64,000 nucleotides of DNA, taken from NCBI GenBank assembly GCA_041558415.1, contig JBFFEY010000011.1, forward strand, positions 3,927 through 67,926. The letters run 5' to 3'. This DNA comes from Burkholderiales bacterium (GTDB taxonomy: Bacteria; Pseudomonadota; Gammaproteobacteria; Burkholderiales; SG8-39). Position numbers and translations under genes: made by a program. Below are positions 55,394 through 62,989 of this stretch, piece by piece (positions within the stretch are counted from its first letter, which is position 1; each line of letters opens with the position of its first letter). Under the pieces are notes generated by a model. That model was given only the letters and a program-made list of their open reading frames with translations, was not told where the DNA came from and made no database searches.

Positions 55394-56766
55394 GCGCCCT
55401 CCAGCTGCGCGGCGAAGCGCGCTTCGTCGGCCGGCTCCAGGCCGCGCAGGTCGAGAATCAGGGCACCGTCCTGCAGGCGGCCGATGACCGGAACCGGCAG
55501 CGCGCGAAACGCGGTGGCAAGGCGCGTCGTGCCCGGGCGCAGCGCGAGCCCCGCGCTCGCGAGGTGCTGGCGCGGCGCCGCCCCGCTGCCGACCTCGCTC
55601 TCGCAGTCGATCACGCTCACCTCGACGCCCGGCTTGGCCCAGGCGGCCAGCCGCGGGCGCAGGCGATCGGCCATCGTGCGGAGGTCCGCCACCGATCGCG
55701 CCAGGCGACGCAGCACGGGCAGGCGCGTCGCCACGCGCTCGGGATCCTGGTAGAGCCGCAACACCGCGGCGAGCGCCGCCACGGTGAGCTTGTCGACGCG
55801 CAGCGCGCGCTTCAGCGGGTTGCGCCGCAGCCGGGCGACGAGATCCGCGCGCCCGACGATGATCCCCGCCTGCGGGCCGCCGAGCAGCTTGTCGCCGCTG
55901 AAGCTAACCAGGTCGGCGCCCTGCGCGATGGCCTGCGCCGGGGTCGGCTCGGCCGGCAGGCCGAAGCGCCGCAGGTCGACCAGCGTGCCGCTGCCGAGAT
56001 CGACCACGAAGGGCACGCCCCGCGCGCGGCACAGCGTGGCGAGGTCGCGCTCGGCGACCGCCGCGGTAAAGCCCTCGATGGCGTAGTTGCTGGCGTGCGC
56101 CTTCAGCACCAGCCCGGTCTTCGATCCGATCGCCTGCGCGAAATCGTCGAGATGCGTGCGGTTGGTCGTGCCGACTTCGCGCAGCCTGCAGCCCGCGCGC
56201 TGCATGAGGTCCGGCAGACGGAACGAGCCGCCGATCTCGATCAGCTCGCCGCGCGAGACCGGCACTTCCTTGCGCTTGGCGAGCGTGTTCAGCATCAGCA
56301 GCACCGCGGCCGCGTTGTTGTTCACCACGGTGGCCGCCGGTGCGCCGGTCAGCGCGCACAGCAGCCGTTCGAGGTGATGGTCGCGCTCGCCGCGCCGGCC
56401 CGTGGCGAGGTCGTACTCCAGATTCGTCGCCTCGCGCGCGGCCTCGCACAGTGCGTCGATCGCCTCCTCGGGCAGCGGCGCGCGACCGAGATTGGTGTGC
56501 AGCAGCGTGCCGGTGAGGTTGAACACCGGGCGCAGCGAGGAACGCGCCTGCTGCGCGAGGCGCTCGGCGACGCGGCCGACGACGGCGTGCGCCACGTCCT
56601 GCGGCAGGGCCGCGCGCGCGCTGCGCAGGTCATCGAGCACGCCGCGGATCGCGTCGGTCACCGCCGCGCGGCCGTAGGCGGCGATCAGCGCGTCGGCTTC
56701 CGGCCGCCGCAGCAAACGGTCGACCGAGGGCAGCGCGGCAAGTGCGGAAGCGCGTGAATCCACCAT
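55390..56766 (-). CDS. selA: L-seryl-tRNA(Sec) selenium transferase
   Basis: [58 protein letters not shown]. Start ATG 56766. Confidence 0.97.
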   Translation of the reverse strand: MVDSRASALAALPSVDRLLRRPEADALIAAYGRAAVTDAIRGVLDDLRSARAALPQDVAHAVVGRVAERLAQQARSSLRPVFNLTGTLLHTNLGRAPLPEEAIDALCEAAREATNLEYDLATGRRGERDHHLERLLCALTGAPAATVVNNNAAAVLLMLNTLAKRKEVPVSRGELIEIGGSFRLPDLMQRAGCRLREVGTTNRTHLDDFAQAIGSKTGLVLKAHASNYAIEGFTAAVAERDLATLCRARGVPFVVDLGSGTLVDLRRFGLPAEPTPAQAIAQGADLVSFSGDKLLGGPQAGIIVGRADLVARLRRNPLKRALRVDKLTVAALAAVLRLYQDPERVATRLPVLRRLARSVADLRTMADRLRPRLAAWAKPGVEVSVIDCESEVGSGAAPRQHLASAGLALRPGTTRLATAFRALPVPVIGRLQDGALILDLRGLEPADEARFAAQLEGA

Positions 56767-56833
56767 GTCTGGAACGCTCGGGAAGATGGCCCTATGATAG
56801 CCAACGTCCCTCCACGAGACCGAAAGGCCAGCC

Positions 56834-57610
56834 ATGCGTGCCGAGACGCCCGTCGATCCCGTCGCCCTGCGCGAGGAGGTCAAGATCAAGTACCGCGAAG
56901 TCGCCTGCAATCCGCAGGGCAAGTACCACTTTCACACCGGCCGGCGCCTGGCGAGGCGCCTGGGCTACGACGACGCGGTCGTCGCGCGCATGCCGGACGA
57001 GGCGGTCGAGTCCTTCGCCGGGGTCGCCAACCCGTTCGCGCTGCGCGCGCTCGCGCCCGGCGAGACCGTCGTCGACGTCGGCTCGGGCGCGGGCTTCGAC
57101 TGCTTCATCGCCGCGCAGCAGGTCGGCGCCGGCGGAAAGGTGGTCGGCGTCGACATGCTCGAGGAAATGCTGCAGAAGGCGCGCGCCAGTGCCGCGCGCA
57201 TGGGTCTGACGAATGTCGAATTCCGCGCGGGCCTGATCGAGGCGATGCCGGTCGAGGACGGCTGGGCCGACGTCGTCATCAGCAACGGCGTCATGAACCT
57301 GTGCGCCGACAAGAAAAAGGCGTTCGCGGAGATCTGGCGCGTGCTCAAGCCCGGCGGGCGGCTGCAGTTCGCCGATATCGCCAACGGCAAGCCCGTGCCG
57401 GAAGCGGCCATCCGCAACATCGATCTCTGGACCGCTTGAATCGCCGGCGGCCTTCCGTGTGAAGGCTGGCGGGCGATGCTGGAGCAGATCGGCTTCGTCG
57501 AGGTGCAGATCGGCGCGCCCTGCGACACCTTCGGCGAGGCCGCCGGCGAGAAGAACGCGCGCAGCTTCGAGGTCTACGGCTACCCGTTCCTCGCGCGCAA
57601 GCCGACGTAA
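56834..57610 (+). CDS. Selenocysteine-containing ArsM-like SAM-dependent methyltransferase, 258 aa, Sec202
   Basis: Motif [29 protein letters not shown]-(TGA 57437-57439)[24 protein letters not shown]...[12 protein letters not shown] continues as a plausible ArsM-type C-terminus. SECIS-like hairpin follows; divergent from selA. Confidence 0.85.
57437..57471 (+). promoter_or_regulatory. Putative bacterial SECIS element (methyltransferase)
   Basis: UGA-AUCGCCGGCG-[GCCUUC-CGUGU-GAAGGC]-UGGCG, with possible lower stem CGCCG/UGGCG. Confidence 0.75.
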
Positions 57611-57687
57611 GCGCCGCGGGCGCCGGGTGCCCGCCGCCAGCGAACCTGAGTCACCCCGGGCGATGGCGCAGGATTTATGATCCGCGC

Positions 57688-58812
57688 GTGTCCAGCCCGG
57701 AATCCAACGCGCCTTCGCATCGTGCCGCGCGGCGCCGCCGCGCGCCGCTCAACCTGGTCGTGCTGGGCCTGGCGATCGTCCTCGCGCTCGGCTTCGGCTA
57801 CCGCGAGTTTCGTCAGCGCCTGCTCTTTCTGCACGAGGAGGATGCGCGCATCCGCGCCGACATGGTGACCGTCGCCAGCCGCGTCGCCGGCTGGGTGACG
57901 CGCGTCGCGGCACAGGAGGGTCAGGCAGTGGCGGCCGGCACGGTGCTGGTCGAGGTCGACCGACGCGATGCCGCGCTCGCGCTGGAGGAGCTCGACGCGC
58001 AGCGCGCCGCGCTGGCGGCCGAGCGTTCGCGCCTGGCCGCCGAGCAGGCGCTGGTGCGCGGCCAGACCGAGAGCCATCTGCAGTCGGCGCGCGCCGAACG
58101 CGAGGCGGCGCGCGTGACCGTCTCCAGCCTCGAGCCGCAGCGCAGCCTGGCGCGCAGCGAGCTGAAGCGCAGCCAGCAGCTGTTCGACAAGAAGATGGCC
58201 TCGCAGAGTGCGCGCGACCAGGCCGAGACGCAGCTGCAGCGCGTCGAGCGCGAGTACCGCATCGCGGCCGCCAACCTGGAGGGCGCGGAGGCGCGCGTGC
58301 GCGAGGCCGAGGCCGAGCGCGCGCGCCTCGATGTGCTGGCCGGCCAGCTTGCGGTGCTCGAGACGCGCGAGGCCGAGATCGCGGCGCGCCTGCAGCGCCA
58401 GCGACTCGACCTCGGCGACCGAATTGTCAAGAGCCCGCTCGACGGCGTGGTCGACCGCAAGTTCGTCGAGGCCGGCGAGTACGTCTCGCCGGGGCAGCGG
58501 CTGATGCTGCTGCACGACCCGTCGAAGGTCTGGGTCGAGGCCAACATCAAGGAGACGGCGTTGCGCCGGCTCGCGGTCGGCCAGACCGTGCGCGTGCGCG
58601 TCGACGCCTATCCGGACGAGACCTTCGAGGGCCGCATCGAGCGCATTGGCCACGCCGCCACCAGCACCTTCGCGCTGCTGCCGAGCCCGAACCCGAGCGG
58701 CAACTTCACCAAGATCACGCAGCGCGTGCCGGTGCGCATCGCGGTCGCGCAGCGCGAGGGCCGGCTGCGCCCGGGCATGATGGTCGAGATCAAGATTGCC
58801 ACCGGCGGTTGA
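57688..58812 (+). CDS. HlyD/EmrA family membrane fusion protein
   Basis: N-terminal TM, VASRVAGWV, coiled coil, VKSPLDGVV, VWVEANIKET, NPSGNFTKITQRVPVRI, LRPGM. Confidence 0.93.
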   Translation: MSSPESNAPSHRAARRRRAPLNLVVLGLAIVLALGFGYREFRQRLLFLHEEDARIRADMVTVASRVAGWVTRVAAQEGQAVAAGTVLVEVDRRDAALALEELDAQRAALAAERSRLAAEQALVRGQTESHLQSARAEREAARVTVSSLEPQRSLARSELKRSQQLFDKKMASQSARDQAETQLQRVEREYRIAAANLEGAEARVREAEAERARLDVLAGQLAVLETREAEIAARLQRQRLDLGDRIVKSPLDGVVDRKFVEAGEYVSPGQRLMLLHDPSKVWVEANIKETALRRLAVGQTVRVRVDAYPDETFEGRIERIGHAATSTFALLPSPNPSGNFTKITQRVPVRIAVAQREGRLRPGMMVEIKIATGG

Positions 58813-60358
58813 CGCGAGCCTCGGTATCGAGGCCCTGTTCCAGCGCTACGGGCCTGCGTACCGCTGGCTGGTGACCGTCGGCGGGCTGCTCGGCGCGATG
58901 TCGATGGTGCTTTCGTCGACGATGATCAACGTCGCGGTGCCGAGCATCATGGGCGCCTTCGGCATCGGCCAGGATCTCGCGCAGTGGGCGGCGACCGCGT
59001 TCCTCGCGACCATGGTGGCAAGCCAGCTGCTAAACGCCTGGGCGGTGGAGGCCTTCGGCCAGCGCATCACGTTCTGCCTCGCCTTGCTGATCTTCGTGCT
59101 CGGCGCGCTGATCGGCGCCAACGCGACCAGCATCGAGACGCTGATCGCGGGGCGCGTGCTGCAGGGCTTTTCCGCGGGCCTGGTGCAGCCGCTGGTGATG
59201 GCGACGGTGGTGGCGGTATTTCCCGCCGAGCGGCGCGGCATGGCCGTGAGCCTTTACTCGGTGGGCGTCACCATGGCGCCGAGCTTCGGTCCCTGGATCG
59301 GCGGCCTGGCGATCGATGCCATGAACTGGCGCCAGATCTTCATGGTGCCGCTGCCGCTGGTGGGGCTGGCTTTCCTGCTCGGGCTGGTGCTCATGCCGTC
59401 GAAGAAGCTCTCGCGCCGGCTGCCGAAGTTCGACTGGAGCGGCTACGCGCTGCTCACGCTCGCGCTGATGTGCGTGATGAGCGTGATCGGCAACGGCCAG
59501 CGCTGGGGGTGGAGCTCCGACCGCAGCGCCACCTTTCTCGTCGTCGGCCTGGCCGCAGCGGCGCTGTTCACCCTGCTCCAACTGCGTTCGAAAAACCCCC
59601 TGCTCGACGTCAGCCTGTTCGCCGACCTGCGCTTCACCGCGGCGATGGGCATCGCTTTTGCCTTCGGCGCGGGCAACTTCGCCACCAACTACGCCATCCC
59701 GGTGTTCATGCAGACCGTACAGGGCTTCACGCCGACCGAGGCCGGCTTCGTACTGGTGCCCGCCGGCATCCTGCTGGTGACGATGATCCCGGGCGTCGGT
59801 CGGCTCGCCGACACGCTGCCTTCGCACCTGCCGATCATGCTCGGTTGCGTGCTGTTCTCGCTCGCCGGCTGGCTGCTGTCCGATACCGACGTCAACACCG
59901 CGTTCTGGACCATGGCCGGCTTCGCCATCGTCAGCCGCATCGCGCTCGGCCTGGTGATGCCGAACCTCGGCAAGGTGGCGATGAGCACGGTGCCGGCCGG
60001 CAAGCTGAACCAGGGCGCCGGCACCTACAACTTCATCCGCCAGATGGGCGGCGCCTTCGGCGTCGCCCTGACGGCGGTCGCGATCGAGCTGCGCACCGCG
60101 CGCCACGCCGACCTGCTGACCGCGACACAAACGCCGGCCAACGTGCAGACCCGCGAACTGCTCGATCGCGTCGCCGAGCTGCTCGCCCGCGGCGGGCTGC
60201 CGGAATCGCTGCTGCAGCCCGGCGCGCTCGACTACCTCGGCCGCGTACTCTACGCGCAAGCGCTCGGCCTCGGCTTCCAGGACGCGTACTTCTTCATCTG
60301 CTTCGCCTTCGCGCTCGCCCTCGTGCCGGCCTGGTTCCTCGGGCGGGCGGGGCGCTAG
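58796..60358 (+). CDS. DHA2/EmrB family MFS efflux transporter
   Basis: STMINVAVPSI, GRVLQG, RG.A, PSFGP.IGG, W..IF; about 14 TMs; overlaps the end of the fusion-protein gene. Confidence 0.93.
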   Translation: MPPAVDASLGIEALFQRYGPAYRWLVTVGGLLGAMSMVLSSTMINVAVPSIMGAFGIGQDLAQWAATAFLATMVASQLLNAWAVEAFGQRITFCLALLIFVLGALIGANATSIETLIAGRVLQGFSAGLVQPLVMATVVAVFPAERRGMAVSLYSVGVTMAPSFGPWIGGLAIDAMNWRQIFMVPLPLVGLAFLLGLVLMPSKKLSRRLPKFDWSGYALLTLALMCVMSVIGNGQRWGWSSDRSATFLVVGLAAAALFTLLQLRSKNPLLDVSLFADLRFTAAMGIAFAFGAGNFATNYAIPVFMQTVQGFTPTEAGFVLVPAGILLVTMIPGVGRLADTLPSHLPIMLGCVLFSLAGWLLSDTDVNTAFWTMAGFAIVSRIALGLVMPNLGKVAMSTVPAGKLNQGAGTYNFIRQMGGAFGVALTAVAIELRTARHADLLTATQTPANVQTRELLDRVAELLARGGLPESLLQPGALDYLGRVLYAQALGLGFQDAYFFICFAFALALVPAWFLGRAGR

Positions 60359-60365
60359 CGCGCGA

Positions 60366-60378
60366 GGGGTCAGACCCC
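60366..60378. repeat. Short perfect palindrome GGGGTC-A-GACCCC between convergent genes (REP-like)
   Basis: Directly visible 8 nt after the MFS stop. A second hairpin GCCCC-ACATCA-GGGGC lies at 60398-60413. Only one copy seen in the window. Confidence 0.45.
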
Positions 60379-60482
60379 AATTACGCCGCTGCCAGGCGCC
60401 CCACATCAGGGGCCCCGACGTCGCAGCCTGCCCGCGGCTCATCGCTTTAGCCGTTGCTCGCCCATCGTGCATGCCGCGGCAT

Positions 60483-61223
60483 TCACGGTGTCTTCGCCGC
60501 ACCGGCGCGATGCGGCAGGCAACCATCGGCGTCGCGCGGCGCAGGGCGCGCCACACTCACCACCGCGCGCTTCAGGTCGCGCAAGTCGGGGCGCAACGCG
60601 AGCGTCCAGTCTGCCCCGGAGCGCGATTCCCGCACGCTGAGGTGGGTACCCGAGGCCTGCAGCCTGAAGTCGTCCTCGTGCGCGGGAAATCCGCTCACCG
60701 CATCGACGCCGTAGGTTTCACGGTAGCGCCGCACCGCCTCCGTGTCGCGCGCACTCACTTCCCAGACCAGCGCCGTGTCGACCGGCGCCATCGCCACGAG
60801 ACGCAGGTCGCGCACCTCGGTCGACAGATATTCGCGGTGACCGACGACGCCGACCATGAAGACGTGCCGCAGGAACGGGCCGTCGCGATGCCGGCCGAGC
60901 AGCACGCCCTGCACGTCCCAGCGCCCTGCGCCGGTTTCGACGTCCAGCACGCCGAAGCGAATGCGCGCCGGCCGCGGTACGTTCGGCGAGCGCAGCCGGC
61001 GCAGCTCGGAGAGCACCGCGGCATCGCCGTTGCCCGCCGTCGCGATGTATTGGCAAAGCCGCGCCTGCCAGACAGCGAGCAGTTGCTGCGTCGTCGCCTC
61101 GTTTAACGCGCCGGTGCTGCCGCGCGGCACGACCACGGTCTGCGACGAGCGCGTCGCGCAGCCGGCCAGCAGCGCGACCAGCAGCAGCCCGACGAAAATG
61201 ACCCGCCTGCGCCCGGCGAACAT
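60483..61223 (-). CDS. Hypothetical lipoprotein
   Basis: MFAGRRRVIFVGLLLVALLAGC lipobox; no recognisable domain. Start ATG 61223, 1 nt after the upstream stop. Confidence 0.7.
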   Translation of the reverse strand: MFAGRRRVIFVGLLLVALLAGCATRSSQTVVVPRGSTGALNEATTQQLLAVWQARLCQYIATAGNGDAAVLSELRRLRSPNVPRPARIRFGVLDVETGAGRWDVQGVLLGRHRDGPFLRHVFMVGVVGHREYLSTEVRDLRLVAMAPVDTALVWEVSARDTEAVRRYRETYGVDAVSGFPAHEDDFRLQASGTHLSVRESRSGADWTLALRPDLRDLKRAVVSVARPAPRDADGCLPHRAGAAKTP

Positions 61224-61224
61224 C

Positions 61225-62925
61225 TCAGCGCCCCCGGCTCGCCGCGAGGCGCCGTTGCGCCGCCGGCTGATAGCTCGCCAGCCATTCGCCCAGCGCCACA
61301 TTGCCGGCGCGCGCCGCAAGCTGTGCCGGTGTGCGCCGCAGGTAGCGCGCGCCGCGGTCGGCGCCATGGTCTAGCAGCAGCGCCGCCAGTGCGCGATCGC
61401 CCTGCAGGATCGCCTGGTGCAGCGGCATGCGGCCGAACTGATCGCGCGCGTTCACAGTCGCGCCGGCCTCGAGCAGGGCCTGCACGCTCGCGGCCTCGCC
61501 GCTCTCAACCGCAAGGTGCAGCGGCATTGTGCCGTAACGGTCGCCTGCACCGGGGTCGGCGCCGTGGCGCAGCAGCCGCGCGATCACCGCCGCGTGCCCA
61601 CCGCGCGCCGCGGCGTGCAGCGGCGCCTCGCCGTCGATGTCGCGCGCGTTCGGGTTCTCCGCCGCGTCGATCAGCTGCCGCACCGTGTCGAGCTGCCCCT
61701 CGCGCGCGGCCCACCACAATGCCGTTCGGCCGAAGCGGTCGCTGCCCGGCCAGCTGCCCGCGGGTGCGCTCGCCGCTGCGTCATCAGGGCGCGCCGCGCC
61801 GCCCTCGAAACAGGTCGTCGCGATGCTGACGCGGTCGGGCCCGTCGTTGCGGTAGCCGTAGGGCTCGCCGTAGAAGGTCGAAAGGTCTTGCTCCAGCGCC
61901 TCGAACTGCTCGCGCGTGCGCAGCCGGCCGCGCGCATCGCGATACCAGTCGAGCAGGTCGTAGCAGCGCTCGCGCAGAACCGCCTGCACGCGCTCCCCGA
62001 CCGGGCCGAGGTAGCCGTTCGGGTTGAGCGCCTCGTTGAAGTGCGGCGTGACGAAGACGGCGAAGAAGTCCGAGCCGGGCTGCACGCGGTTGCCGAGCCG
62101 CCAGTAGACGCCGTCGCGCTCGAGCATGGGCGGCAGCGGCCGCTCGCCGATGCGCACCGGCTCGGTGAGGTTGCGATAGAACTTAAACCCGGCATAGTCC
62201 GCCGCGAGATCGCCATTCGAGCGGATGCCGGTGCTGATCGTGCCGAGAAAGCCGTTCTCGGAGAGGAACGGGTTGGCGCCGGCCGACACGTCGACCGTGC
62301 GCGTCAGCGCCTGCGCCTCGTCCAGCCCCTCGGCGCGCGCCTCGAGGTATTCGGCATGGTAGATCCTGCCGAGGTGGAAAAAGTGCAGGAACTTGTCGGT
62401 GCCGAACAGCGTGCCGCCGACGTTCACCGAAGAGCTGCGGAAGAAGGTGCGCACGAACTTGGTGATGTCGATGAGCAGCAGCGGGTCGTCGTAGATCAGC
62501 TGCTCCGGGCGGTAGACGACGACCAGCCCCGGGTAGCGCATGCGCGTCGTTTCGACGCCCAGCTCGGCGTCCAGCATCTCGTTGGTGGGCATCGCGGCGA
62601 AGACTTCGTACCAGACCTGACCGGCGATGAACCCGGGGGACTGGTACCAGCTGGTGTCCCAGGTCGGTTTGCCGTTCGCCAGCGACTTGCGGATTTCCGC
62701 GTTCGTCGTCTGCACCGCCGCGGCGATGGCATCGTGCACCATGCGCGAGAAGTGCAGGCGCAGGTCGGCGAATTCCTGGCCGAGCGGCAGCGTGTACTGA
62801 TCGGTCTCGTGCGCGTCGGCGCTCGGCGACAGCGCGGCGATAAGGCCGAGCGAGATCACTGCCAGAAGATGCTTCAAGGTCGGGCGCCGAACGCTCGACA
62901 CGGCCTGCAGTGGGCGCATACGCAT
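61225..62925 (-). CDS. Exported protein with unknown N-terminal domain and C-terminal ankyrin repeats
   Basis: Signal peptide ...ALSPSADA/HETDQ. Ankyrin motifs GRTALWWAA, GEAPLHAAA, GTMPLHLAV, GRMPLHQAI, RTPAQLAA. Start uncertain. Confidence 0.85.
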   Translation of the reverse strand: MRMRPLQAVSSVRRPTLKHLLAVISLGLIAALSPSADAHETDQYTLPLGQEFADLRLHFSRMVHDAIAAAVQTTNAEIRKSLANGKPTWDTSWYQSPGFIAGQVWYEVFAAMPTNEMLDAELGVETTRMRYPGLVVVYRPEQLIYDDPLLLIDITKFVRTFFRSSSVNVGGTLFGTDKFLHFFHLGRIYHAEYLEARAEGLDEAQALTRTVDVSAGANPFLSENGFLGTISTGIRSNGDLAADYAGFKFYRNLTEPVRIGERPLPPMLERDGVYWRLGNRVQPGSDFFAVFVTPHFNEALNPNGYLGPVGERVQAVLRERCYDLLDWYRDARGRLRTREQFEALEQDLSTFYGEPYGYRNDGPDRVSIATTCFEGGAARPDDAAASAPAGSWPGSDRFGRTALWWAAREGQLDTVRQLIDAAENPNARDIDGEAPLHAAARGGHAAVIARLLRHGADPGAGDRYGTMPLHLAVESGEAASVQALLEAGATVNARDQFGRMPLHQAILQGDRALAALLLDHGADRGARYLRRTPAQLAARAGNVALGEWLASYQPAAQRRLAASRGR

Positions 62926-62989
62926 CGCGATCTCGAGTTTGCCAGAAACGCGACGCGGCGGTCGCGCCGCGCAGCAGCGCGTCCTTCGC

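Noticed and set aside
52108-60358. selD, selU or a Sec-formate dehydrogenase as part of the locus
   Set aside because: None is recognisable in this window. They may lie elsewhere, so their absence here is not evidence of loss.
60359-60482. Small gene remnant between the MFS pump and the lipoprotein gene
   Set aside because: Only short frames without SD or recognisable motifs; the region is better explained by hairpins between convergent genes.
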